Shown here: positions 1-7,022 of the stretch, piece after piece | Layout: each line of letters opens with the position of its first letter | Position numbering within the stretch: the stretch's first letter is position 1 | From: a bacterium | GTDB lineage: Bacteria > Zhuqueibacterota > Zhuqueibacteria > Oceanimicrobiales > Oceanimicrobiaceae | Assembly (NCBI GenBank): GCA_046757525.1 | Contig: JBHHYI010000131.1 | Span: 1-11,638 of the forward strand | Length of the DNA stretch: 11,638 bases | Direction of reading: 5' to 3' | Notes under the pieces: generated by a model | Database searches by the model: none | The model's input: the letters and a program-made list of their open reading frames with translations, nothing else | Told to the model about the DNA's origin: nothing | Program-made: the position numbers and the translations under genes

Positions 1-24
1 ACAATTTAACCTGCCAGGAATTAA

Positions 25-1623
25 ATGGACCCTAATCCCAGGAGTTTCGATAAAGATCTTCAAGCCATCCAGGAAGTACGTACCCTTTGCAAACAGGCCA
101 AAGCAGCGCAGCAGGCTTTCAAGGAATTTACACAAGCAGAAGTAGACAAAATCGTGGCGGCCATGGCCGAGGCGGGTTTCCAGGATTCTGCCCGTCTGGC
201 ACAAATCGCCGTGGAAGAGACCGGCTACGGTAACATTGCCGACAAAACCAAGAAAAACCAGTTTTGCACGCGCGACCTCTTCGAATCCATTCGCGATTTG
301 CGGACCGTCGGCATCGTTCGGGAGGACCGGAAAAATAAGATTCTTGAAATCGCAGAGCCGTTAGGAGTCATCGCCGCAATTATTCCCACTACCAATCCGA
401 CCTCGACAGCAATGTTCAAAATCATGATTTCCCTTAAGGCTCGCAACGGCATCGTCATTTCACCCCATCCGCGCGCGGTGCGCTGCATCATGGAAGCGGC
501 CAACACCTTGTGCCACGCCGCCACTGCAGCCGGAGCGCCCAGGGGACTCATCGGCGCGTTGTCCATTTCCACCTTGCAGGCCACCCACGAACTCATGCGC
601 CACCAGGACATCGGTGCCATCCTGGCCACGGGCGGTTCCGGCCTGGTCAGGGCGGCTTACAGCTCTGGTAAACCGGCTTACGGCGTGGGGCCAGGCAATG
701 TACCGGTCTACATCGACCGTTCCGCCGATTACAAAAAAGCCGTTGCCGACGTTGTCGCCGGCAAGACTTTTGACTACGGCACCTTGTGCTCGTCCGAGCA
801 AGCTTTGATTCTCGACGCCCCCGTTAAAAGCCGGGTCATCGACGCATTGAAAAAACAGGGCGCCTACTTCCTGAATCCGGACGAGATTCGCCTGTTGGGC
901 CAGGTTCTGGTGACGCGTGATTTTCGCATCAATCCAGAGTTGGTGGGCAAGGCCCCGCAGGTTCTGGCTCGCGCTGCCGGATTTGAAGTTGCCGACGAGG
1001 TGCGACTCCTGATTGGCGAACTGTTAGGCGTGGGCAAGGCCTATCCCCTGTCTGCCGAGAAGCTTTCGCCGACCATGGCCCTCTATGTTGTCAACGGGTG
1101 GGAAGAAGGTACCCGGCGGGCCGTGGAAGTCCTGGAGTTTGGGGGACGAGGTCACACAGCAGTGGTGCACGCCAAAGACGACGAAGTTGTCAGGAATTTC
1201 GGTTTGCAGGTACCGGCCTTTCGCGTGGTGGTCAATTCGCCTGCCTCGGTGGGGGCCGTTGGTTACACCAACCAGCTCATGCCGTCCATGACGCTTGGCT
1301 GCGGCACTTATGGCGGCAATATCACCTCAGACAACATTACAGCACACCATCTGATGAACATCAAACGCGTGGCTTACGAAACCAAACCCATCAGCGTGCC
1401 GCGCAACGGTACCACCTGGCGTCCGAACGTGCACCACCATTGGCAGCAAAGCGACGCCCCCTATACCAAGGCTCTCTCATCCAACGTATCGCGCAAGGTC
1501 TCAGCGGTTCCGGCCAAAGCCACTGGCTCAGACAACAGCGAAAAGAGCTATGGCGCCACCGGCCTGTCCGCCGCTGAGGTTGAAAGGCTGGTGGCAGAGT
1601 TTGAGCAGGGCAGAAAGCCTTAA
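25..1623 (+). CDS. CoA-acylating aldehyde dehydrogenase (EutE/PduP/AdhE-N-like), probably BMC-associated, with ~80-aa C-terminal extension
   Basis: 532-aa ORF. Motifs IIPTTNPTST, ISPHPRA, LATGGSGLVRAAYSSGKPAYGVGPGN, catalytic Cys in KTFDYGTLCSSEQ, EKLSP, LGCGTYGGNITSDN. No fused ADH domain. Tail ends in LSAAEVERLVAEF. AGGA lies just upstream of the ATG. Confidence 0.93.
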   Translation: MDPNPRSFDKDLQAIQEVRTLCKQAKAAQQAFKEFTQAEVDKIVAAMAEAGFQDSARLAQIAVEETGYGNIADKTKKNQFCTRDLFESIRDLRTVGIVREDRKNKILEIAEPLGVIAAIIPTTNPTSTAMFKIMISLKARNGIVISPHPRAVRCIMEAANTLCHAATAAGAPRGLIGALSISTLQATHELMRHQDIGAILATGGSGLVRAAYSSGKPAYGVGPGNVPVYIDRSADYKKAVADVVAGKTFDYGTLCSSEQALILDAPVKSRVIDALKKQGAYFLNPDEIRLLGQVLVTRDFRINPELVGKAPQVLARAAGFEVADEVRLLIGELLGVGKAYPLSAEKLSPTMALYVVNGWEEGTRRAVEVLEFGGRGHTAVVHAKDDEVVRNFGLQVPAFRVVVNSPASVGAVGYTNQLMPSMTLGCGTYGGNITSDNITAHHLMNIKRVAYETKPISVPRNGTTWRPNVHHHWQQSDAPYTKALSSNVSRKVSAVPAKATGSDNSEKSYGATGLSAAEVERLVAEFEQGRKP

Positions 1624-1685
1624 GATAGAGAATGTTTGGTGCAGAACCTTAGTAACTCATTTCATAATTACGATGACATAAGAAA

Positions 1686-1714
1686 TTAGACAGGATGAAC
1701 AGGAAAAACAGGAT
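1686..1714 (+). repeat. Left arm of inner inverted repeat, built of ~9-bp tandem ACAGGA(T) units
   Basis: TTAGACAGGATGAACAGGAAAAACAGGAT. Pairs with 2194-2221 with one indel and two mismatches. Confidence 0.85.
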
Positions 1715-1777
1715 AATGTAAATCTCAAGATCGTGTAAATCAAAAAGGGTTATCATAACCTAATAGAGGTTATAAGG

Positions 1778-2155
1778 ATGAAGTACAAGGATTTGACTGA
1801 AAGGATAATAGGATGTGCCTATCGAGTTCATAACAAGATGGGATTTGGTTTTTTAGAGTCGGTTTATGAAAAGTGTTTACTGATTGAATTAAAAAGGGCA
1901 GGACTGAAAGCCGAAGCGCAGCGTTCTATACAGGTCTATTACGAGGATGAGGTTGTGGGAGAGTTTGTAGCTGATGTGATTGTAGAGGATGCGATAATTT
2001 TGGAGTTAAAATCGGTTCGACGAGTGGTTAAGGCCCATGAAGTACAACTGGTAAACTATTTGACAGCCACCCGCAAGGATGTGGGTCTCATCATCAACTT
2101 TGCTGAGCGAAAAGTTGAGATCAAAAGGAAGGTCAGAGAATTAGCAGAGGGTTGA
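1778..2155 (+). CDS. GxxExxY protein (predicted PD-(D/E)XK nuclease fold)
   Basis: 125 aa. Family signature GFGFLESVYEKCL (G-x-x-E-x-x-Y), ADVIVE...ILELKS nuclease-like motif, HEVQLVNYL...GLIINF. SD-like GAGGT at 1766-1770. Confidence 0.93.
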   Translation: MKYKDLTERIIGCAYRVHNKMGFGFLESVYEKCLLIELKRAGLKAEAQRSIQVYYEDEVVGEFVADVIVEDAIILELKSVRRVVKAHEVQLVNYLTATRKDVGLIINFAERKVEIKRKVRELAEG

Positions 2156-2193
2156 TCGAGTTTATGACTCCACTGATACACAGGATGTCTTCA

Positions 2194-2221
2194 ATCTTGT
2201 TTATCCTGTTATCCTGTCTAA
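2194..2221 (-). repeat. Right arm of inner inverted repeat (tandem ATCCTGT units)
   Basis: ATCTTGTTTATCCTGTTATCCTGTCTAA; its reverse complement TTAGACAGGATAACAGGATAAACAAGAT matches 1686-1714. Confidence 0.85.
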
Positions 2222-2323
2222 AAAAAGCATTGCCAAGAAATAAAGGTGACACAATACGTCATCGTATTTAGGAAATGATGTACTTAGCAATCGGGCTGGT
2301 CGAGTCCCTTTTATCTTTCAAAG

Positions 2324-2719
2324 TTGACAAATCGTAAGAGAGCTAAATTGAAAAACGCACAGGTTGGACGAAACGATCCTTGTCCTTGTGGTAGCGGTAA
2401 GAAATACAAGAAATGCTGCATGCACCAATCTGAACCGACATCAATGTCCGGTATCCTCGACTATTATATTGCAACCAGTAAAGAATTTGAGCAAATGCTT
2501 AATGAACGAACCGAAAACGAAGTAGCGTATGATAATGTGGTCCTGGAAGGACTAAGAAAAGGGGGTACCATCAGAGAAGCATTAGATTTTGCAGCCAGGA
2601 AATATCCAGAAGAAGCGTTGCAATATGATGATGACAATATTGATGACCTGCATGCTCATTATGACTATTTGCTCAATCACGAACTGATTAAGAGTCGGAC
2701 GCAGCAATTGTCGAATTAG
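2324..2719 (+). CDS. SEC-C (SecA-type metal-binding) motif protein with uncharacterised acidic C-terminal part
   Basis: [19 protein letters not shown] is a canonical SEC-C motif. The TTG start has no clear SD, so the start position is uncertain. Confidence 0.8.
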   Translation: MTNRKRAKLKNAQVGRNDPCPCGSGKKYKKCCMHQSEPTSMSGILDYYIATSKEFEQMLNERTENEVAYDNVVLEGLRKGGTIREALDFAARKYPEEALQYDDDNIDDLHAHYDYLLNHELIKSRTQQLSN

Positions 2720-2743
2720 CGTGCCAAGATAAATCCAATTAAA

Positions 2744-3514
2744 ATGCCCGGTTCCCAAAAACTCATCCCTGTCGGTGTTTCCAATCGCCATTTTCACATC
2801 TCACAGCAAGATTTGGAAATTCTTTTCGGAAAAGGCTACCGACTGCAGGTCTTGCGCCCCATCTCGCAGAAGGGTCAATTTGCCTGCCAGGAAACTCTGG
2901 ATGTGGTTGGCCCTAAAGGCAAAATATCGAGAATTCGAATTGTAGGGCCTGCACGCGGTCAGACGCAGTTGGAGATCTCGCGTTCCGATGCCTACCGCCT
3001 GGGCATTGACCCTCCGGTGCGCTATTCCGGAGATCTTTCGGGCACGGCAGGAGTTAAGCTCATTGGGCCGCAAGGGGAGTTGGAGTTGCGAGAAGGGGTC
3101 ATCGTGCCCCAGCGTCACATCCACATGAATCCCAGAACCGCGCGGGAATTTAGCGTGCAAGATCGGGATCGGGTGTTTGTCGCCCCGGCTACCAACGGAG
3201 CCATTGACCCGGGTTGCGAGCCGCGCACCACGATTTTGGGCAATGTGCTCATCCGCGTCGATGAATCGTTCGTGCTTGACTTTCACGTCGATCTGGACGA
3301 AGCCAACGCCGCCGGACTGAAAACCGGCGACCACGTCTACATAGTCGGCAAAACTTTAGATCGGCAACCCGTCATTCGGCGAAGCTTGATCACCGAAAAC
3401 GACGTGCGCCTGGCCATTTTGCGACACCGGAAAATCGTCGTGCCCGCAAATGCCAAAGTAACTCCGGCCGCGTTAGAATTAGCCAAAGCACATGACGTTT
3501 TTGAGGAAATATGA
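2744..3514 (+). CDS. pduL: Phosphate propanoyltransferase / phosphotransacylase (PduL/PTAC family) with extra C-terminal domain
   Basis: IPVGVSNRHFHISQQDLEILFG, LRPISQKGQFAC, RIVGPARGQTQLEISRSDA, PPVRYSGDL, PQRHIHM and FHVDLDEANAAG are the PduL duplicated-domain metal-binding motifs. Confidence 0.93.
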   Translation: MPGSQKLIPVGVSNRHFHISQQDLEILFGKGYRLQVLRPISQKGQFACQETLDVVGPKGKISRIRIVGPARGQTQLEISRSDAYRLGIDPPVRYSGDLSGTAGVKLIGPQGELELREGVIVPQRHIHMNPRTAREFSVQDRDRVFVAPATNGAIDPGCEPRTTILGNVLIRVDESFVLDFHVDLDEANAAGLKTGDHVYIVGKTLDRQPVIRRSLITENDVRLAILRHRKIVVPANAKVTPAALELAKAHDVFEEI

Positions 3515-4317
3515 CCAATACCTTCAGCTTGTACGAAGTCCTCAAGCAGGCGCTGCGCGAAGAAAAGCCCGTCGCGGTTGCTACCGTGATTACCAACGAT
3601 TCGGACCGGCCCATCGACCCGGGCTCGAAAATGCTGGTTTTTCCCGATGCAACGGTGGAAGGTGGTCTGGGCGATGGTGAGCTGGAACAAAGGGTTAGAG
3701 CTGATGCCCTGGAGTTGCTGGCGCAGGAAAAGTCCAAGACGCTTTCCTACGAGTTTGAATCGGCACGAAAAATTGAAGTCTATATTGAGTCGATCCTGCC
3801 GCCGCCGCCGTTGGTGATCGTCGGCGCTGATCCGGATGCGGTGCCCCTCGTCACGCTCGGCAAGCGCCTCGGGTTTAAAGTGATTCTGGTGGACCACCGG
3901 GCAAACTTCGCGAACCGTGAAAAATACCCTGACGCAGACGCAACCCTTGTCGTGCCGGCTGAGGAAATTGCTCAAAATCTGGAGATCGATGAGAAAACCT
4001 TCGTGCTCGTCAAGACGCACAATTACTTGAAGGACAAAGAAATTCTAAAATTCGTGTTAAAATCAAAGGCACGTTATGTGGGGCAATTGGGGCCCAAGGC
4101 CCGCATGGAAGACCTGCTCCGCGACTTAAAGGCCGAAGGCGTGACGTTCAGCGAACGAGAGCTGGAGAAGCTCTACGCCCCGGTTGGACTCGACATCGGG
4201 GCCGAAAGTCCGGAACAGATTGCCTTAAGCATTTTGGCAGAAATGTTGGCCGTCAAAAACGGACGGCGGGGTGGCTCTTTGAGGGATCAGACTTTGGCGA
4301 TTCACCCCAGAGACTGA
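3511..4317 (+). CDS. XdhC/CoxI/CoxF-family molybdenum cofactor insertion chaperone
   Basis: N-terminal CoxI-like part (VAVATVI...PGSKMLV...GGLGDGELE) and XdhC C-terminal domain (LVIVGA, LVDHR, THN, YVGQLGPKAR, LYAPVGLDIGAESPEQIALSILAE). ATGA overlap with pduL; SD GAGGA at 3503-3507. Confidence 0.92.
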   Translation: MTNTFSLYEVLKQALREEKPVAVATVITNDSDRPIDPGSKMLVFPDATVEGGLGDGELEQRVRADALELLAQEKSKTLSYEFESARKIEVYIESILPPPPLVIVGADPDAVPLVTLGKRLGFKVILVDHRANFANREKYPDADATLVVPAEEIAQNLEIDEKTFVLVKTHNYLKDKEILKFVLKSKARYVGQLGPKARMEDLLRDLKAEGVTFSERELEKLYAPVGLDIGAESPEQIALSILAEMLAVKNGRRGGSLRDQTLAIHPRD

Positions 4318-4435
4318 CTGCAATGTCCTAACCGAAACTCGTGCGACGTCTGTGAATTGTGTTCCAGGTAAATAGCCAAATCAACGCAAGGCTAAATTAA
4401 CAAGACTGTCTGGCACTGCAGATGCGATATCCCTA

Positions 4436-5050
4436 ATGGAAAGCATGCTTTCTACTCTAAGCGTTTCCGCCGTGCTTTTAGCTGCGGGAACCTCCAGCCG
4501 TATGGGAGAAGCCAACAAACTGCTTCTCAGAATAGGAGAAAAATCGGTTGTCCGGCTGTCGTGTGAGAATATCTTGAAAAGCGCGGTAGACGACCTGATT
4601 GTTGTGGTCGGGGCGCAGAACGATCTCGTGCGCAAGGAGCTGTCGTCTCTAAATCTTTCTGTCTGTCTTAACCCCGAGTATTTGCAGGGTATGAGCACCT
4701 CCATCGTTGCAGGGGTGAATGCTGTTCGCGCTGAGACCGATGGGGCGTTGATCCTTTTGGCTGACCAGCCCAATCTTAAAGCAGCGACGCTCAATCGCTT
4801 TGTGCAGGCCTTCCAAAACGGCGAAAAGAAAATCATCGCTGGCCAGTACAAGAACAGGATTGGCAATCCGGCACTCTTTCACCGAAGCTTCTTCGAGGAG
4901 CTGAAACAGCTCCAGGGCGATGTTGGCGCCCGTTCTCTACTGCAACGCCACCCCGGTGAAATCCAAACCATTGAGATTTCCGGGGATGAAATTTTGGATT
5001 TAGACACGCCCCAAGATTTTGAAGCCCTGAAAGCTGCTTTTACAAGATAG
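4436..5050 (+). CDS. Molybdenum cofactor cytidylyltransferase (MocA-like nucleotidyltransferase)
   Basis: VLLAAGTSSRMGEANKLLL, GMSTSI, LADQP, GNPALF, GDVGAR, DLDTPQD. Context fits MCD supply for the CODH. The start could be the ATG at 4445. Confidence 0.88.
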   Translation: MESMLSTLSVSAVLLAAGTSSRMGEANKLLLRIGEKSVVRLSCENILKSAVDDLIVVVGAQNDLVRKELSSLNLSVCLNPEYLQGMSTSIVAGVNAVRAETDGALILLADQPNLKAATLNRFVQAFQNGEKKIIAGQYKNRIGNPALFHRSFFEELKQLQGDVGARSLLQRHPGEIQTIEISGDEILDLDTPQDFEALKAAFTR

Positions 5051-5083
5051 GATTTTTGCAGTTGTCTGAATAAATTGAGTTAA

Positions 5084-5111
5084 ACCGTTGTTACAATAAA
5101 TGCGAAACGGT
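5084..5111 (+). promoter_or_regulatory. Candidate extended -10 promoter upstream of coxG, bracketed by a short inverted repeat
   Basis: TG-T-TACAAT at 5089-5097; ACCGTT (5084-5089) and AACGGT (5106-5111). No well-spaced -35. Confidence 0.35.
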
Positions 5112-5171
5112 ACGTAAATCTGATCGACCCCCTTGAATACACACCCACCTTACTAAGAGAGGGAAGGCTTC

Positions 5172-5621
5172 ATGAAATTGGAAGGAACGTACACTTTTCA
5201 GGCGAAGCGTGAGGAGATCTGGGACCTGCTCATGGATCCCGCGGTCATCGCCAGGACGGTCCCCGGTTGCGAAGAAATGACGTCCGTTGGTGAAGACCTT
5301 TACGAAGCCAAGATGACTGTCGGGATTGCGGCGGTCAAAGGCGTTTATACTTCAAAAATAAGCCTTTTAGATAAAGTTCCCCCTGAAAGTTACAAACTGA
5401 AATTGGAGGGAAAAGGTGCACGCGGTTTCTTGACTGGCGAAGTCTCCATTCGATTGGAAGAGCGAGACGAAAGCACCGTGCTGCATTACACCGCCGAAAA
5501 CCACATCGGCGGGCCTATCGCTGCTGTGGGACAGAGAATCGTTGGCGCAGCAGCCAAGATGTTTGTCAACCAGGGCTTCAAATCGTTGGAGAAACAATTG
5601 CGAGAAAGGCGTAAAGGCTGA
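5172..5621 (+). CDS. coxG: Carbon monoxide dehydrogenase accessory protein G (SRPBCC/CoxG family), without an obvious C-terminal membrane anchor
   Basis: MKLEGTYTF...IWDLLMDP...VPGCE...GIAAVKG...GGPIAAVGQRIV. Directly upstream of coxMSL; purine-rich SD region upstream. Confidence 0.88.
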   Translation: MKLEGTYTFQAKREEIWDLLMDPAVIARTVPGCEEMTSVGEDLYEAKMTVGIAAVKGVYTSKISLLDKVPPESYKLKLEGKGARGFLTGEVSIRLEERDESTVLHYTAENHIGGPIAAVGQRIVGAAAKMFVNQGFKSLEKQLRERRKG

Positions 5622-5661
5622 TCGTCTTTCTCTACCTAACCTCTAAAAAGAGAGGTGCCGC

Positions 5662-6537
5662 ATGATTCCACAAGTGTTTGAATATTTTGTCCCCAAGACC
5701 CTTTCGGAGGCGTTTTCATTGTTGACAAAATACGGGGAGGACGCTAAAATTTTGGCGGGCGGTCACAGCCTCATTCCCCTGATGAAGCTGCGTCTCGCTG
5801 CTCCTCCTTACCTGATCGACATCAATCAAATTCCCGATCTGGACTACCTCAAAGAAGAAAACGGCTTTCTTAAGATTGGTGCGCTCACCCGGGAAGTTTC
5901 CCTGGAGGAATCCGATCTGATTGCCGAGAAGTTTCCCATCATCCTGGACACGGCGAAAGTCATTGCGGATCCACTGGTGAGAAACATGGCCACGGTGGGG
6001 GGCAACCTGGCCCACGGGGATCCAGCCAACGACCATCCGGCGACTATGCTGGCCTTGGGTGCGCAAGTCGTGTTGACAGGTCCCTCTGGCAGCCGAACCG
6101 TTTCGGTCAAGGAGTTTTTCGTCGACCTGATGATGACGCAGTTGCAGCCCGATGAAATTCTAACGGAAATTCAAATTCCATTGCCACCGGCCAATAGCGG
6201 TGGCGCTTATGTTAAGTTTGAGCGCAAGGTGGGGGACTTTGCCATCGTCGGGGTCGCGGCTCAGGTCGCTTTAGACGCCAACGGCGCTTGTCAAAAGGTG
6301 GGCATTGGCTTGACGAATGTGGGTTCTGTTCCCATCGAAGCAGAAAAGGCGGAGGATGCATTGCGGGGCAAACAGATCGACGAGCAAACCCTAAAAGAAG
6401 CCGGCCGTTTGGCGGCAGACGCCTCTGACCCCACCGACGATTTGCGCGGGACGGCGAACTACAAACGGTCCCTGGTGAATGTGTTGACCAAAAGGGCTTT
6501 AAAGCAAGCGCTAACCAGAGCGAAGGGAGGGAATTAA
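5662..6537 (+). CDS. coxM: CO dehydrogenase medium (FAD-binding) subunit
   Basis: [70 protein letters not shown] gene order. Confidence 0.95.
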   Translation: MIPQVFEYFVPKTLSEAFSLLTKYGEDAKILAGGHSLIPLMKLRLAAPPYLIDINQIPDLDYLKEENGFLKIGALTREVSLEESDLIAEKFPIILDTAKVIADPLVRNMATVGGNLAHGDPANDHPATMLALGAQVVLTGPSGSRTVSVKEFFVDLMMTQLQPDEILTEIQIPLPPANSGGAYVKFERKVGDFAIVGVAAQVALDANGACQKVGIGLTNVGSVPIEAEKAEDALRGKQIDEQTLKEAGRLAADASDPTDDLRGTANYKRSLVNVLTKRALKQALTRAKGGN

Positions 6538-6538
6538 A

Positions 6539-7018
6539 ATGGCCAAAGCGGCGATCACTGTCAGAGTGAACGGAGAGGAGCATTCCGAAGAAGTTGAACC
6601 GAGATTGCTCCTGGTACATTTCATTCGCGAAAATCTAAATCTCACCGGCACCCACATCGGATGTGACACCAGCAACTGTGGTGCCTGCACCGTCTTGTTG
6701 AATGGCAAAGCAGTAAAATCCTGCACCATTTTTGCGGTTCAGGCCAACGCCAAAGAAATCATGACCGTGGAAGGCCTGGAACAAAATGGCGAGCTGCATC
6801 CGTTGCAGGAAGGATTCTGGATGGAGCACGGACTGCAGTGCGGCTATTGTACGCCGGGCATGTTGATGACCGGATATGAGTTGTTGCAAAAAAATAACCA
6901 TCCTACCGAGGAGGAAATTCGGTGGGCCATATCCGGCAACCTGTGTCGCTGCACGGGTTACGTGAATATCGTCAAATCCATTCAACATGCAGCAGAAAAA
7001 ATGAAAACAAGGAGCTGA
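6539..7018 (+). CDS. coxS: CO dehydrogenase small (2x[2Fe-2S]) subunit
   Basis: [12 protein letters not shown]...KSC and QCGYCTPG...GNLCRCTGY Fe-S ligand motifs. SD GGAGG upstream. Confidence 0.96.
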   Translation: MAKAAITVRVNGEEHSEEVEPRLLLVHFIRENLNLTGTHIGCDTSNCGACTVLLNGKAVKSCTIFAVQANAKEIMTVEGLEQNGELHPLQEGFWMEHGLQCGYCTPGMLMTGYELLQKNNHPTEEEIRWAISGNLCRCTGYVNIVKSIQHAAEKMKTRS

Positions 7019-7022
7019 AACC

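Larger units (their letters stand above)
1652..2283. mobile_element. Non-autonomous TIR-bounded cassette (MITE/mobile-insertion-cassette-like) carrying a GxxExxY gene
   Basis: Left end GTAACTCATTTCATAATTACGATGAC (1652-1677) matches the reverse complement of 2258-2283 (GTACATCATTTCCTAAATACGATGAC) at 22/26 positions. TTA flanks both ends (1649-1651, 2284-2286). No transposase inside; AT-richer than the flanking genes. Confidence 0.72.

Noticed and set aside
25..1623. Truncated bifunctional adhE
   Set aside because: The ORF ends in a linker plus amphipathic helix typical of stand-alone BMC AldDHs, and no Fe-ADH remnant follows.
2324..2350. TTGACA as a -35 element for an internal promoter
   Set aside because: No acceptable -10 at 16-18 bp spacing; it coincides with the ORF start.
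2324..2719. secA fragment
   Set aside because: The SEC-C motif is N-terminal and no helicase/translocase sequence is present.
2231..2729. TGCCAAGA direct repeat (2231-2238, 2722-2729) as the boundary of a SEC-C insertion
   Set aside because: Only 8 bp, and the first copy lies inside the TIR cassette, which is inconsistent with a simple target duplication.
4318..4435. Moco riboswitch upstream of the mocA-like gene
   Set aside because: Context is suggestive, but I see none of the motif's conserved elements or convincing stems. An Infernal/Rfam search would settle it.
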